This document shows, in pieces, positions 1 to 12,262 of a DNA stretch of 64,000 nucleotides (positions within the stretch are counted from its first letter, which is position 1; every line of letters starts with the position of its first letter). Under the pieces are notes generated by a model. It was not told the origin of the DNA. It ran no database searches and saw only the letters and a program-made list of their open reading frames with translations. A program made the translations under genes and the position numbers. This stretch comes from an uncultured candidate division Zixibacteria bacterium (GTDB lineage Bacteria; Zixibacteria; MSB-5A5; UBA10806). Where the stretch lies: the NCBI GenBank assembly GCA_963801605.1, contig CAWDFP010000006.1, forward strand, positions 1,504,001 to 1,568,000, given 5' to 3'.

Positions 1-1740
1 AGACAGGCCGACAAATATCATGTCCCTCGAATCGCCTATATCAATAAAATGGATCGTACCGGTGCTGACTTTTTCGGCGCCGTTGAAATGATGAAAAAGA
101 GACTGGGTGCCAACGCCGTTCCCATCCAGATACCCTTGGGTCAGGGCGAATTATTCACGGGCGTAATCGATCTCATTACAATGACCGCTCGTATCTATAG
201 CGATGATACCCAGGGCGTAACTTTCGCCGATGGCCCGATTCCATACAGTCTCTATGATAATGCCCAGGAAAAACGCGAAAAGCTTTTGGAGAATCTCTCG
301 GATTACGATGATCAACTCCTTACGAAGTTCGTCAATAACGAACCCATCGAACCCGAGGAAATTAAGATTGCCGTCCGCCAGGCCGTACTCGATATGAAAA
401 TCACTCCCGTGCTGTGTGGTACGTCCTTTAAGAACAAGGGTGTCCAGGCGCTTCTGGATGCTATCGTTGATTTTCTGCCGTCGCCGCTTGATCTTCCGCC
501 TGTCAAAGGTAAAGACCCGATAACCGGCGAGGAAATTGAGCGCCAACCCTCAGTTGATGAGCCTCTGGCGGCTCTGGTCTTTAAGCTGATGAGCGATCCC
601 TATGTTGGAAAGCTTTCTTATGCTCGGTTATATTCCGGCGTACTTAAGGCCGGCCAGACCGTCTATAATCCGACCAATCAGAGACGGGAGAGAATTAGCC
701 GTATCTTAGCTATGCATGCCAACAAGCGCGCCGATCTCAAGGAAGCTCAAGCCGGAGATATTGTCGCTCTTGTAGGATTAAAGAGCACGCCGACCGGCAA
801 CACCATTTGCGATGAAGATCATCCCATTATACTAGAGCAGATGACTTTCCCCAGCCCGGTTATTTATGTGGCTATTGAGCCTAAGACCAAAGCCGATCAG
901 GATAAGCTTTCGGAAGCCCTTAACAGGCTGACCGATGAGGACCCAACTTTCCAGGTCCGTACTGATACCGAAACCGGGCAAACCATCATTTCCGGTATGG
1001 GAGAGCTCCATCTCGATATTTTAGTTGATAGAATGAAACGCGAATTCAACGTAGCCGCTAATGTTGGCAAGCCGCAGGTTGCCTATCGCGAAACCATTAC
1101 GTCCAGCGCCGAGGCCGAGGGCAAATTTGTGCGTCAAACTGGCGGACACGGTCAATATGGTCACGTCAAAGTCAGAGTCTCTTCGAATGGACAGGGCAAG
1201 GGCTTCGAATTCGTCGATCGCACCAAAGGCGGCACAATTCCCCAGGAATTCATCCAGCCTGTGGCGCAGGGAGCCAGGGAAGCGCTTGAAAATGGCGTCC
1301 TGGCTGGTTATCCGATGGTCGATGTTAAAGTTGAACTTCTTGACGGTTCTTATCACGAGGTTGATTCCTCAGAATTAGCATTTAGAATCGCTGGTTCGAT
1401 AGCAGTTCAGGAAGGCGCCCGCAAGGCTTCTCCAACCGTTCTTGAACCTATCATGGATGTTGAAGTTGTCATGCCTGAAGAATATATGGGTGATGTTATT
1501 GGCGATCTCAATTCCCGGCGTGGTAAGATTGCCGGCATGGTGCACAGACCTGACGCTATTGTCGTTGCTGCTCAGGCGCCGCTCTCGGAAATGTTTGGTT
1601 ATGCCACAAATTTGCGCTCTCTTTCGCAGGGCCGGGCAGTATATTCGATGCAATTTTCGCATTACGCGCCTATTCCAGATAACCTTCAGGATGATCTGGT
1701 CAAGCAGGTGCGCGGCGTGCTTATCGGGCAAAGAAGATAA
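1..1740 (+). CDS. fusA: Elongation factor G, 5'-truncated by the window edge
   Basis: Frame open from base 1 (RQADKYHVPRIAYINKMDR); EF-G motifs EDPTF, GMGELHL, QVAYRETI, DGSYHEVDSS, EMFGYAT; followed by tuf. Confidence 0.98.
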   Translation, partial: RQADKYHVPRIAYINKMDRTGADFFGAVEMMKKRLGANAVPIQIPLGQGELFTGVIDLITMTARIYSDDTQGVTFADGPIPYSLYDNAQEKREKLLENLSDYDDQLLTKFVNNEPIEPEEIKIAVRQAVLDMKITPVLCGTSFKNKGVQALLDAIVDFLPSPLDLPPVKGKDPITGEEIERQPSVDEPLAALVFKLMSDPYVGKLSYARLYSGVLKAGQTVYNPTNQRRERISRILAMHANKRADLKEAQAGDIVALVGLKSTPTGNTICDEDHPIILEQMTFPSPVIYVAIEPKTKADQDKLSEALNRLTDEDPTFQVRTDTETGQTIISGMGELHLDILVDRMKREFNVAANVGKPQVAYRETITSSAEAEGKFVRQTGGHGQYGHVKVRVSSNGQGKGFEFVDRTKGGTIPQEFIQPVAQGAREALENGVLAGYPMVDVKVELLDGSYHEVDSSELAFRIAGSIAVQEGARKASPTVLEPIMDVEVVMPEEYMGDVIGDLNSRRGKIAGMVHRPDAIVVAAQAPLSEMFGYATNLRSLSQGRAVYSMQFSHYAPIPDNLQDDLVKQVRGVLIGQRR

Positions 1741-1776
1741 GAATAATTTTAATGATTTTGACGGAGAGGACATTCG

Positions 1777-2988
<1,212 letters not shown>

Positions 2989-3007
2989 CAGAAGGCGGGT
3001 TTTAGTT

Positions 3008-3316
3008 ATGCAGGGACAAAAAATAAGAATCAGGCTCAAAGCTTATGACCATGCTGCGTTGGACCGCTCGGCCAAAGAAATTGTTCGAACAGTTACGCGC
3101 ACCGGGGCCAAGATTTCAGGACCTGTTCCACTGCCTACCAAAAAGACGGTGTACACCGTTCTCAGATCGCCTCACGTCGACAAGAAATCCCGTGAACAGT
3201 TCGAGATGCGAATTCATAAGCGTTTAATAGACATTTATGAATCCAGCCAGCAAACAATCGATTCCTTAATGCGACTTGATTTGCCGGCAGGGGTTGACGT
3301 AGAGATAAAAGTTTAA
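3008..3316 (+). CDS. rpsJ: 30S ribosomal protein S10
   Basis: [31 protein letters not shown]. Confidence 0.99.
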   Translation: MQGQKIRIRLKAYDHAALDRSAKEIVRTVTRTGAKISGPVPLPTKKTVYTVLRSPHVDKKSREQFEMRIHKRLIDIYESSQQTIDSLMRLDLPAGVDVEIKV

Positions 3317-3342
3317 TATATTGGAAAGTTTTGTGATTTGAT

Positions 3343-3966
3343 ATGAACTCGATCTACGGAAAAAAAATAGGGATGACTCGGATTTTCACCCCTGCGGGAG
3401 ACTCAGTTGGCGTCACTGCCATTGAAATTGAGCCGGTGACCGTGGTGCGCGTGAAAACCAATAAGACCGATGGCTACTCCTCGGCGGTGATATCCTTCGG
3501 CAAGATTAGGCCAACTCTCCTCGCCAAGCCGGTTAAAGGCCAGTTCGAGAAGAATGGTCAGGAGCTAAAGCGTTATTTGCGCGAGCTGCCGCTTGCTGAT
3601 GGCGAGACCTTCGAGAAAGGCTCGAAGATCGGTGTCGATATCTTTAAGCCGGGCGAAATGGTTCACGTCTCGGGCGTTTCTCGCGGTCTGGGTTTCCAGG
3701 GCGCTGTGAGACGGCACCACTTCAAGGGCGGTCCCAAGACGCACGGTCAATCCGACAGAATGAGAGCCCCGGGCTCAGTGGGCGCCTCAAGCTATCCGTC
3801 GCGGACATTTTTGGGTCAGCGTATGGCCGGCCACATGGGCGACGCTGGCGTGACCGTCAAAAATGTTCAGGTTGTAGCTGTCGAACCGGAACAGAACCTG
3901 CTGTTGGTTAGCGGTCCGGTGCCGGGCCATAAGAATGCTCTTGTCTACGTCAGAAAGGCAAGGTAG
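3343..3966 (+). CDS. rplC: 50S ribosomal protein L3
   Basis: GKKIGMT, GFQGAVRRHHF, RMAGHMG; synteny. Confidence 0.98.
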   Translation: MNSIYGKKIGMTRIFTPAGDSVGVTAIEIEPVTVVRVKTNKTDGYSSAVISFGKIRPTLLAKPVKGQFEKNGQELKRYLRELPLADGETFEKGSKIGVDIFKPGEMVHVSGVSRGLGFQGAVRRHHFKGGPKTHGQSDRMRAPGSVGASSYPSRTFLGQRMAGHMGDAGVTVKNVQVVAVEPEQNLLLVSGPVPGHKNALVYVRKAR

Positions 3967-3970
3967 GAAG

Positions 3971-4603
3971 ATGCCAGAAGTCAAATACATCTCCAAAGAC
4001 GGAACCGAAGCCAAAACCATAACGCTCACAGGTCCGCTTTTTGAAACCGAGCCTAAAGAATATATTCTCCAGGAATACATTAAGGGCTACCAGAAAAATC
4101 AGAGACAGGGCAATTCCTCTACCTTGAATCGTATGCGCATGAAAGGCGGCGGTAAAAAGCCGTTTCGCCAAAAAGGTACTGGTAGGGCCAGGGCGGGCAG
4201 TAACACCTCTCCGCTGTGGACCGGTGGCGCCATTGCTTTTGGGCCAACTCCCAAAGATCATTACACCAGGCTGCCTAAGGGCCTCAAGAGAAACGCGCTT
4301 CTTTCGGCTTTTTCGTTGAGGGTCAAAGAAGGCAATTTGCGTGTGGTTGAGCTTCCTGAGCTAACTGAACCGAAAACCAGAATCGTTGCCGGTTTCCTGA
4401 AGAGCCTCGGCTTGACGAACAAGAAGACCATTCTTTTACACGAGGGAACCAGCGAGCATTTAGCCATCGCTTCGCGCAACATTCCAAACTTCAGTGTTAA
4501 AAGAGCCATGCAGGTTAATCCTTATGATCTTCTGTTTCACGAAAACATTCTCGTGACCGAACAGGGGCTTGAGAAGATAAAGGAGATTTTCAAAAATGGT
4601 TGA
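3971..4603 (+). CDS. rplD: 50S ribosomal protein L4
   Basis: [21 protein letters not shown] at 3971 after AGGAAG. Confidence 0.97.
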   Translation: MPEVKYISKDGTEAKTITLTGPLFETEPKEYILQEYIKGYQKNQRQGNSSTLNRMRMKGGGKKPFRQKGTGRARAGSNTSPLWTGGAIAFGPTPKDHYTRLPKGLKRNALLSAFSLRVKEGNLRVVELPELTEPKTRIVAGFLKSLGLTNKKTILLHEGTSEHLAIASRNIPNFSVKRAMQVNPYDLLFHENILVTEQGLEKIKEIFKNG

Positions 4604-4887
4604 TGCTGGAAAAATATTGCTGCAGGCTCTTATCTCCGAGAAGGCGACGACTCTTCAGGAACAGGCTAATTGCTACGTTTTCAGAGTGGCCAACGACAGC
4701 CAACAAGCTTCAGATCAAGCAAGCGGTCGAAAAGGCTTTCAATGTCAAGGTCAAAAACGTATCTACTACCAATATCATGGGCAAGAATAAGAAGATGGGT
4801 AGATTCGAAGGCAAGCGTTCCGATTGGAAGAAAGCCTTCGTCTGGCTCAAACCCGACAATAAGATTGAGTTATTTGAAACTGTTTAG
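4596..4887 (+). CDS. rplW: 50S ribosomal protein L23 (one frameshift near 4698, probable sequencing indel)
   Basis: N-part ISEKAT..YVFRVA in one frame; [22 protein letters not shown] in the next. Confidence 0.93.
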
Positions 4888-4899
4888 AGGTTATATACA

Positions 4900-5730
4900 A
4901 TGGGTGTGAGAAAATTTAAACCAGTGACTCCCGGACGGCGCTTTATGACCGTCTCCGATTTCGCGGAGATCACCCATGATGTTCCTGAGAAATCGCTTGT
5001 TCGACCCGTCACGAAATCCGGCGGCAGGGGAAACACCGGCCGCGTTACATCCAGGCATCGCGGCGGCGGCCATAAGAGAGCCTATCGTATCATCGATTTC
5101 AGACGCAGCAAGATCGGTATTCCCGGTCGCGTCGCCTCGATTGAATACGATCCTAATCGCACGGCCAGAATCGCCCTGATTTTTTATGCTGACGGCGAGA
5201 AACGTTATATCATCGCTCCCGAAGGCCTGCAGGTCGATCAGGTCATTTATTCCGGCGGTGTCGAGGATTACGAGATCAAGCCCGGTAATACTATGCCGCT
5301 GTCGAAAATTCCGTTGGGCATGAGTATTCATAATATCGAATTTCGGCCCGGTAAGGGCGGACAGGTAGCTCGGTCTGCTGGTACTATGGCGCAGCTTTTG
5401 GCCAAGGAGGGCGAATTCGCCCACGTCAAGATGCCCTCTGGTGAAGTCCGGCTTTTCAAGCAGGACTGCATGGCTACGATTGGGCAGGTGGGTAATATCG
5501 ATCATGAGAATATTTCTATAGGTAAGGCCGGAAGATCGAGATGGATGGGAATAAAGCCGCACGTCAGAGGCGTGGCTATGAACCCGGTCGATCATCCTAT
5601 GGGCGGCGGCGAAGGCAAGTCGTCGGGCGGCAGACATCCTTGCAGTCCCTGGGGCCAGTTGTCCAAGGGGCTTAAGACCGGCAATCGCAAGAGAGCTGCT
5701 AAACTGATCGTCAAACGGCGCAGCAAGTAG
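4900..5730 (+). CDS. rplB: 50S ribosomal protein L2
   Basis: [23 protein letters not shown]. Confidence 0.99.
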   Translation: MGVRKFKPVTPGRRFMTVSDFAEITHDVPEKSLVRPVTKSGGRGNTGRVTSRHRGGGHKRAYRIIDFRRSKIGIPGRVASIEYDPNRTARIALIFYADGEKRYIIAPEGLQVDQVIYSGGVEDYEIKPGNTMPLSKIPLGMSIHNIEFRPGKGGQVARSAGTMAQLLAKEGEFAHVKMPSGEVRLFKQDCMATIGQVGNIDHENISIGKAGRSRWMGIKPHVRGVAMNPVDHPMGGGEGKSSGGRHPCSPWGQLSKGLKTGNRKRAAKLIVKRRSK

Positions 5731-5746
5731 GTTTGGAGGAATTTAT

Positions 5747-6034
5747 ATGACTCGTTCCTTAAAAAAGGGACCTTATGTAGACGAAAGGCTGATGAAAAAG
5801 ATTGACGCCTTGAACAATACCGGTGAGAAAAAGGTCATCAAGACCTGGGCGCGCCGGACCACCATCTCTCCGGAGTTTGTGGGGCACACTTTAGCTGTGC
5901 ATAACGGTAATAAATTCATCCCGATCTATGTCACTGAAAATATGGTCGGTCACAAGCTTGGAGAATTTTCCCCCACGCGTATTTTCCGGGGACATTCTGG
6001 CAAGATAACAGAAAAAAGCACGGCGATAAAGTAG
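5747..6034 (+). CDS. rpsS: 30S ribosomal protein S19
   Basis: [23 protein letters not shown]. Confidence 0.99.
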   Translation: MTRSLKKGPYVDERLMKKIDALNNTGEKKVIKTWARRTTISPEFVGHTLAVHNGNKFIPIYVTENMVGHKLGEFSPTRIFRGHSGKITEKSTAIK

Positions 6035-6043
6035 GATAATACA

Positions 6044-6478
6044 ATGGAAGTTAGAGCCGTTTCGAAATATGTGCGCATGTCGCCCCGTAAAATCAGGCGG
6101 GTGGCAGATTTGATTAAAGGTGAGTCAGTTGACCGGGCCCTGGGGATTTTGCTTCTTACGCAAAAAGCCGCCAGTAAAGCCCTTTACCGGACTCTCAAAT
6201 CAGCCGCCTCCAACGCCATCGCTTCCGAGGGGACAAGCAAACTTAAAGTTGAAAATTTATTCGTCAAAGATGTTAAAATTGACGGTGGACCGACCTGGAA
6301 AAGGATCCGGCCCGTGGGCATGGGACGAGCCTATATGATTCGCAAGAGAACCGCGCATATCGGCATTACGCTCATTGAGAAAAAGCCCAAAGTAGTAGAA
6401 CCTGTTGCGGTCAAGAAGACAAGGAGGCCGAGTGGGACAGAAAGCCCATCCGTACGGTCTAAGACTGGGGATAGTTAA
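6044..6478 (+). CDS. rplV: 50S ribosomal protein L22 (3' end uncertain, overlaps rpsC start)
   Basis: [30 protein letters not shown]. Confidence 0.95.
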   Translation: MEVRAVSKYVRMSPRKIRRVADLIKGESVDRALGILLLTQKAASKALYRTLKSAASNAIASEGTSKLKVENLFVKDVKIDGGPTWKRIRPVGMGRAYMIRKRTAHIGITLIEKKPKVVEPVAVKKTRRPSGTESPSVRSKTGDS

Positions 6479-7378
6479 AACCTGGAAATCCAAGTGGTTT
6501 GCCACTCGGAATTTCTGCAGATCTATTGCAGGAAGACCTGCTTATCAGGCGCTATGCCTATAAAAGGCTCGAACACGCCGGTATTGCGGCTGTTGAGATC
6601 CTGCGCGCACCCAAGAAGGTGACGATCGATATTCATACCGCCCGTCCGGGTATCGTCATCGGCAGAAAGGGGGCCGAAGTCGACAACCTGAAAGGTGAGC
6701 TTGAACTCCTGACCGGTAAAGAAATTCTCCTCAATGTTATTGAGGTTAAAAAACCGGAGCTTTCCGCGACTTTAGTTGCTCAATCGATTGCCAAACAGCT
6801 CGAGGGTCGTGTCAGTTTCCGCCGCGCTATGAAAAAATCAATGGCGGCTACCATGAAATCCGGCGCTGATGGTATCAAGATTTGCTGCAGTGGACGACTC
6901 GGCGGAGCGGAAATCGCCCGCATCGAAAAATACCATGATGGTCGCGTACCGCTGCATACGCTCCGTGCCGACATCGATTACTCACCCGCGACTGCTCATA
7001 CCACCTATGGCACTATCGGTGTCAAAGTGTGGATTTGTCTCGGTGAGAAATACGGCATCGAGGAGATTGAAACCGAGGCCACCAGAGATGCAGCCCTGGG
7101 TCTTGAAGAGAAGCCGGCCGAGAGCAAACGTCGTCGGGCTCGTTATAGAAAACAACAGGAAGCTGCACCCGAGGGCGGCGATAGAATCAAGCCATCGGCT
7201 AAGGCTCTGGATAAAGCCCACAGACGTCCCAAATGGTCCGGCCCGCGCCGTCCCGAAGGCGGCGGCGGTAGGCCAGATAATCGCCCCGATAACAGGCCGA
7301 ATAGACCTGATAACAGACCTGATAACAGACGCGATAATCGTGACAAACCTCAAGGCGGTAGCTGGAGGTGGCGTCTAA
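6432..7378 (+). CDS. rpsC: 30S ribosomal protein S3 with long low-complexity C-terminal tail (indels near 6514 and 7360)
   Basis: GTG start after AAGGAGG gives [18 protein letters not shown]; core [30 protein letters not shown]; likely true stop TAA 7376-7378 overlapping the rplP ATG. Confidence 0.93.
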
Positions 7379-7803
7379 TGTTAATGCCGAAAAGAGTTAA
7401 GTTCCGTAAACAGCAGCGCGGACGCCGTCGCGGCAAAGCTTATCGCGGTTGCGAAGTGGATTTTGGTGAATATGGTCTCAAGGCTATGGAGCCTGCCTGG
7501 ATCACCAATAAGCAGATCGAGGCCGCTCGTGTCGCTCTGACACGCCATATCAAGCGCGGTGGTAAGGTCTGGATTCGCATCTTTCCCGATAAACCGGTAA
7601 CAAAAAAGCCGGCTGAAACCAGAATGGGTAAAGGTAAAGGCGCTCCGGAATTCTGGGTTGCGGTGGTAAAACCCGGAAGAGTGATGTTTGAACTCGAGGG
7701 AATCACCGAGCCGCTGGCCAAAGAAGCGTTGAAACTTGCGGCTGCCAAATTGCCGATAAAAACTAAATTCGTAACCCGTCATGATATGACGACCGGGGAC
7801 TAG
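7378..7803 (+). CDS. rplP: 50S ribosomal protein L16
   Basis: [30 protein letters not shown] upstream. Confidence 0.97.
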   Translation: MLMPKRVKFRKQQRGRRRGKAYRGCEVDFGEYGLKAMEPAWITNKQIEAARVALTRHIKRGGKVWIRIFPDKPVTKKPAETRMGKGKGAPEFWVAVVKPGRVMFELEGITEPLAKEALKLAAAKLPIKTKFVTRHDMTTGD

Positions 7804-7808
7804 AGAAT

Positions 7809-8039
7809 ATGAAGCCTCGTGAATTAAGAGATTTGACAAAAGATGAAATCCTCGTCAGGAAAGAGGAATTAAGTCGCGAAATATTTAACCTGAAAATCCG
7901 TCAGGCTACCAAGCAGATCGATAATCCCCTGCGCATCAGGGTTCTGCGTCACGAGCTTGCTCGGATTACGACTATCCTGCATGAGGATGAGCATGATATT
8001 AGAAAATTGGCTTCTAAAGGAGAAATTAAGAATGCCTAG
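7809..8039 (+). CDS. rpmC: 50S ribosomal protein L29
   Basis: [27 protein letters not shown]. Confidence 0.95.
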   Translation: MKPRELRDLTKDEILVRKEELSREIFNLKIRQATKQIDNPLRIRVLRHELARITTILHEDEHDIRKLASKGEIKNA

Positions 8040-8286
8040 GGGCGCGCGCAAAACCAGATCTGGAGTGGTTGTCTCCAACAAAATGGACAAGACGATCGTG
8101 GTCTCAGTAGAGCGCCTGTTCAAGCATCCGGTTTTCGGTAAGACGGTGCGGATCAGCAAAAAACTCTATGTTCACGATCAGGAGAATAAGGCCAAGCCCG
8201 GTGATAAAGTAGTCGTTGTGGAGACTCGGCCGCTGTCCAAGACTAAACGATGGAGATTACTCGAGATCACCGAAACAGCTAAGTGA
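8032..8286 (+). CDS. rpsQ: 30S ribosomal protein S17
   Basis: [25 protein letters not shown]. Confidence 0.97.
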   Translation: MPRGARKTRSGVVVSNKMDKTIVVSVERLFKHPVFGKTVRISKKLYVHDQENKAKPGDKVVVVETRPLSKTKRWRLLEITETAK

Positions 8287-8307
8287 TTTTAGGGGCGGGA
8301 GAGCGTA

Positions 8308-8676
8308 ATGATACAAGAATATTCTAAACTAAATGTAGCAGACAATTCCGGGGCCCGGATTGTGCAATGCTTCAGGATTCTGGGCGGGACCCGGCGGCGC
8401 TACGCCCGCATCGGCGATATTATCGTGGTTTCAGTCAAGGATGCCATTCCGGGAGCGGCGGTCAAGAAAAGCGAAGTCGTCAAGGCCGTTGTGGTTCGCA
8501 CCACTCGCGAAACCAGGCGCAAGGACGGTTCCTATATCCGCTTTTCCGATAATGCGGCCGTTATTATAAATGATCAAAACGAGCCTCGCGGCACGCGTAT
8601 CTTCGGGCCGGTGGCCCGCGAGCTCCGCGAAAAGCAGTTTATGAAAATAATCTCTTTGGCGCCGGAAGTACTTTAG
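8308..8676 (+). CDS. rplN: 50S ribosomal protein L14
   Basis: [26 protein letters not shown]. Confidence 0.99.
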   Translation: MIQEYSKLNVADNSGARIVQCFRILGGTRRRYARIGDIIVVSVKDAIPGAAVKKSEVVKAVVVRTTRETRRKDGSYIRFSDNAAVIINDQNEPRGTRIFGPVARELREKQFMKIISLAPEVL

Positions 8677-8687
8677 AGGATGATATT

Positions 8688-9000
8688 ATGAAAATTCGTA
8701 AAGGTGATACAGTCAAGGTCATTGGCGGGAAACGATAGGGGCAAGGTCGGAAAAGTGCTCAAGGTTTTCCCCGATAAAAACCGGGTGATTATCGAGGGTG
8801 TCAATCTGATTAAAAGACATTCCCGTCCCACTCCCAAAAACCGCAAGGGCGGTATCGTGGAAAAGGAAGGTACCATTAACGCTTCCAACGCCATGTTCTT
8901 CGATGCCCGTTCCAACACGGTGGCCAGGCTGGGTCACAGAATATTAGCCGATCGTAAGAAAGTTCGAATTAATAAGAAAACCGGAGAGATCATAGAATAA
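8688..9000 (+). CDS. rplX: 50S ribosomal protein L24 (frameshift near 8725)
   Basis: [12 protein letters not shown] joined to [21 protein letters not shown] (KOW motif). Confidence 0.93.
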
Positions 9001-9001
9001 A

Positions 9002-9544
9002 ATGGCCAGATTAAGGAAACAATATTTTGACGAAATCAGGTCTGCCCTTCAAAAGACCTTGAATCTCAAGAACGTTATGGAAGTCCCGCGCCTTGAGAAA
9101 ATCATCGTCAATATCGGAGTTGGTGAGGCTATTGCCGACGCCAAGAAACTCGATGCCGCCGTGGCTGATCTGACTGCCATTACCGGCCAGAAACCGGTGG
9201 TCAGGCGGGCTCGCAAATCGATTTCCAATTTCAAGCTCCGCGAGGGTATGCCGGTAGGTTGTTCCGTAACCTTGCGCGCCGATAAAATGTATGAATTTCT
9301 GGATCGACTCATCAATGTGTCCATCCCGCGTATCAGAGATTTTCGCGGCATTCCTGCCAAGTCATTCGACGGTCGTGGTAATTACACTTTGGGTGTCACC
9401 GAGCAGATTATTTTCCCGGAAATTGATTATGATAAAATAGATAGAATAAGGGGCATGAACATAACGATCGTCACCACGGCCAGGACCGACAAGGAGGCGT
9501 TCGAGCTTTTGCAGGCCTTTGGAATGCCTTTTAAGAGGAATTAA
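9002..9544 (+). CDS. rplE: 50S ribosomal protein L5
   Basis: [30 protein letters not shown]. Confidence 0.99.
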   Translation: MARLRKQYFDEIRSALQKTLNLKNVMEVPRLEKIIVNIGVGEAIADAKKLDAAVADLTAITGQKPVVRRARKSISNFKLREGMPVGCSVTLRADKMYEFLDRLINVSIPRIRDFRGIPAKSFDGRGNYTLGVTEQIIFPEIDYDKIDRIRGMNITIVTTARTDKEAFELLQAFGMPFKRN

Positions 9545-9548
9545 CTGT

Positions 9549-9734
9549 ATGGCAAAAAAGTGTAAAATAGTTGCTTCCCTGAAGAAACCGAAATTTGAGG
9601 TTCGCCGCCATAACCGTTGCCGTCGATGCGGCCGGCCGAGAGCCTACCTCCAAAAATTCGGACTCTGCAGAATCTGCTTCCGCGAGCTGGCTCTGTCAGG
9701 GGAGATTCCGGGCATCACAAAGGCAAGTTGGTAG
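9549..9734 (+). CDS. rpsN: 30S ribosomal protein S14, zinc-binding (type Z)
   Basis: [23 protein letters not shown]. Confidence 0.97.
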   Translation: MAKKCKIVASLKKPKFEVRRHNRCRRCGRPRAYLQKFGLCRICFRELALSGEIPGITKASW

Positions 9735-9741
9735 GTGAAAT

Positions 9742-10140
9742 ATGAGCATGACTGATACAATAGCCGATTTCTTAACCAGAATACGCAATGCTGCCAAGGC
9801 TAAGCAGCGCCGGGTCAATATTCCGTCGTCGGCCATGAAAATCAGGGTCGCCGAGGTTCTCAAGAGGATGAATTATCTGCGCACCGTCGATTTTGTCGAA
9901 GATGGCAAGCAGGGGATCCTCGTTGTCAGGCTGAGATATACGCCTGATTCCAAGAGCGTCATCACCGGGCTGGAGAGAATCTCTAAACCTGGTTTGAGGA
10001 TATATTACGATAAAGATAAACTGGCGGCAGGTTCTCGCAAGATGGGTTCAGTGATACTTTCCACCTCGCGCGGAATCATGACCGATAAAGAAGCTCTCGA
10101 AGCAGGCGTCGGCGGCGAAGCCTTGTTCCGGGTTTGGTGA
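9742..10140 (+). CDS. rpsH: 30S ribosomal protein S8
   Basis: DTIADFLTRIRNA, ISKPGLRIY, STSRGIMT. Confidence 0.98.
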   Translation: MSMTDTIADFLTRIRNAAKAKQRRVNIPSSAMKIRVAEVLKRMNYLRTVDFVEDGKQGILVVRLRYTPDSKSVITGLERISKPGLRIYYDKDKLAAGSRKMGSVILSTSRGIMTDKEALEAGVGGEALFRVW

Positions 10141-10156
10141 GTCGAGGAGTATAATT

Positions 10157-10696
10157 ATGTCACGAGTTGGTAAACAGCCCGTCCCGATTCCGCCCGGCGT
10201 AAAATTTACCCGCGCCGGCGATAAGATTACGGTTGAGGGACCAAAGGGCAAACTTTCTCAGAATATCCATTCTGAAATCGCTACGGAAATCAAGGACGGC
10301 GAGATTATCTTCACCCGGCCTTCTGATTCCAAGTATAATCGCGCTCTTCACGGGCTCTACCGCGCTCTGGTGGCCAATATGGTCAAAGGCGTGACCAAGG
10401 GTTTTACCCGCGAGCTCGAAATTGAAGGTGTCGGATATAAAGTCGAACAAACCGGCAAGGCTTTTACCTTCGCTCTTGGTTTTTCGCATCCTATTTCGGT
10501 TTTACTCCCCGAGGGAGTAGAGATTAAAGTTAATGCGCCTACCAAATTTGTTGTCTCTGGTATCGACAAACAGTTGGTTGGCCAGGTAGCATCCAAGATT
10601 CGTTCTTTCAGGCCCCCTGAGCCATACAAGGGCAAGGGAATAAGATACGCTGGCGAACATATCAGACGTAAAGCCGGCAAGACAGCAGGAGCATAA
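10157..10696 (+). CDS. rplF: 50S ribosomal protein L6
   Basis: [21 protein letters not shown]. Confidence 0.99.
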   Translation: MSRVGKQPVPIPPGVKFTRAGDKITVEGPKGKLSQNIHSEIATEIKDGEIIFTRPSDSKYNRALHGLYRALVANMVKGVTKGFTRELEIEGVGYKVEQTGKAFTFALGFSHPISVLLPEGVEIKVNAPTKFVVSGIDKQLVGQVASKIRSFRPPEPYKGKGIRYAGEHIRRKAGKTAGA

Positions 10697-10700
10697 TAGA

Positions 10701-11063
10701 ATGGCTAATAAACAGGCATTTAAGCGTGATGCCAGGTTAAAACGGGCCGGCAGAGTCAGAGGTAAGATTAAGGGCACAGCCGAGCGTCCGCGCCTGGTTG
10801 TTTTCAAGAGCCTGAATCACGTCTACGCTCAGCTTGTCGATGATCTCCAGAAAAAAACCATTACTGGAGTCTCAAGCTTGAAAGGCAGCGTCAATGCCAC
10901 CGGCAAAAAGATGGAAAAAGCCAAAGCAGTTGGCACCGCCATCGCCGAAAAAGCCAAAGGCTTGGGCATTAATAAGGTGGTATTCGATCGTTCCGGCTAT
11001 CTCTACCATGGCAAAATCAAAGCCCTGGCTGAGGCGGCTCGTAAAGCGGGTTTAGAGTTTTAG
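10701..11063 (+). CDS. rplR: 50S ribosomal protein L18
   Basis: [21 protein letters not shown]. Confidence 0.98.
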   Translation: MANKQAFKRDARLKRAGRVRGKIKGTAERPRLVVFKSLNHVYAQLVDDLQKKTITGVSSLKGSVNATGKKMEKAKAVGTAIAEKAKGLGINKVVFDRSGYLYHGKIKALAEAARKAGLEF

Positions 11064-11076
11064 TCCTATAAGAGAG

Positions 11077-11571
11077 GTGAAATTGGCGAGGTTTAACGAA
11101 GAGCAGTTTGAATTCCAGGAAAAAGTAATTCATGTCAATCGCGTTGCCAAAGTTGTGAAAGGCGGACGGCGTTTCAGCTTTACCGCTTTGGTGGCGACCG
11201 GCGATAAAAACGGCAAGGTTGGCATCGGATTGGGAAAAGCCGCGGAGGTTTCCGAAGCTATCCGCAAGGGAAGTGAAGCTGCCAGGAAAAACATGATCCC
11301 GGTGCCTATTGTCGGCGGCACTATTTCCAAAGAAGTCATCGGCCAATTCGGGGCTGCCAGCGTCCTTTTGAAACCGGCTGCTCCCGGCACAGGCGTTATT
11401 GCCGGCGGGCCGGTGCGTGCGGTATTGGAATCCGCAGGAATACAGGATATCCTGACCAAATCGCTTGGCTCGACCAACCCTCATAATGTTGTTAGGGCTA
11501 CTATAGACGGTCTTTTGAAGCTCAAGAGCGTCGAGGAACTCGAAGCTATCAAGGATATGGAGAGTAAGTAA
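11077..11571 (+). CDS. rpsE: 30S ribosomal protein S5
   Basis: [24 protein letters not shown]. Confidence 0.98.
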   Translation: MKLARFNEEQFEFQEKVIHVNRVAKVVKGGRRFSFTALVATGDKNGKVGIGLGKAAEVSEAIRKGSEAARKNMIPVPIVGGTISKEVIGQFGAASVLLKPAAPGTGVIAGGPVRAVLESAGIQDILTKSLGSTNPHNVVRATIDGLLKLKSVEELEAIKDMESK

Positions 11572-11759
11572 TGCCTGGGAAATTGGAAATTAAGCAGGTC
11601 AGATCCCTGGCCGGCTCAAACGATAAACAACGGCGGGTGATGCAGGCCCTCGGCTTCAGGCATCGCGAACAGGTCGTGGTTCACCACGATTCTCCGTCCA
11701 TTCAGGGGATGATCGACAAGGTTCGTCATCTCGTGGAGGTTACGCAGAAAAATGATTAA
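11571..11759 (+). CDS. rpmD: 50S ribosomal protein L30
   Basis: IKQVRS..ALG..GMIDKVRHLV; synteny. Confidence 0.94.
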   Translation: MPGKLEIKQVRSLAGSNDKQRRVMQALGFRHREQVVVHHDSPSIQGMIDKVRHLVEVTQKND

Positions 11760-12201
11760 ACTTTCCGATTTGAAGCCAAGCCCCGGTTCTGTAAAGAATC
11801 GCAAACGCGTTGGCCGCGGCCCGGGCAGCGGGCACGGCAAGCAATCCACGCAGGGCGGTAAGGGGCAAAAGGGAAGCTCCGGCTATAAAAGCAGACGTCA
11901 CAAAGAGGGCGGTCAGATGCCGCTTCAGAGACGTATTCCCAAGCGGGGCTTTAGCAATCATTTCCGAATCGATTACCAGGAGATCAATATCGGATCTCTA
12001 CTGGCGCTCGATGTGCCGGAAATCACGGTTGAGATTTTGCGTAAAGCCGGCCTGGCCACCAGGAAGAACATGCCCATCAAAATTCTGGGCAATGGCGAAC
12101 TGGGAAAAGCCTTAACGATCAAGGCCCATGCTTTTTCGGCTTCGGCCAAAGAGAAAATCGAAAAAGCCGGCGGCAAAGCCGAAATAATCAAGAAAGCATA
12201 A
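11752..12201 (+). CDS. rplO: 50S ribosomal protein L15
   Basis: RVGRGPGSGHGK, EGGQMPLQRRIPKRGF. Confidence 0.98.
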   Translation: MIKLSDLKPSPGSVKNRKRVGRGPGSGHGKQSTQGGKGQKGSSGYKSRRHKEGGQMPLQRRIPKRGFSNHFRIDYQEINIGSLLALDVPEITVEILRKAGLATRKNMPIKILGNGELGKALTIKAHAFSASAKEKIEKAGGKAEIIKKA

Positions 12202-12262
12202 GGTCCATCATCATTGAAATTCTGACGCGGGTAATATCAGGGGGATCAACAGGTGAGGAATA

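Noticed and set aside
6499..7803. Apparent S3-L16 fusion ORF (434 aa)
   Set aside because: Removing one base near 7360 gives GGAGGV-stop with a TAATG overlap and a GGAGG SD for rplP; consistent with the window's indel errors.
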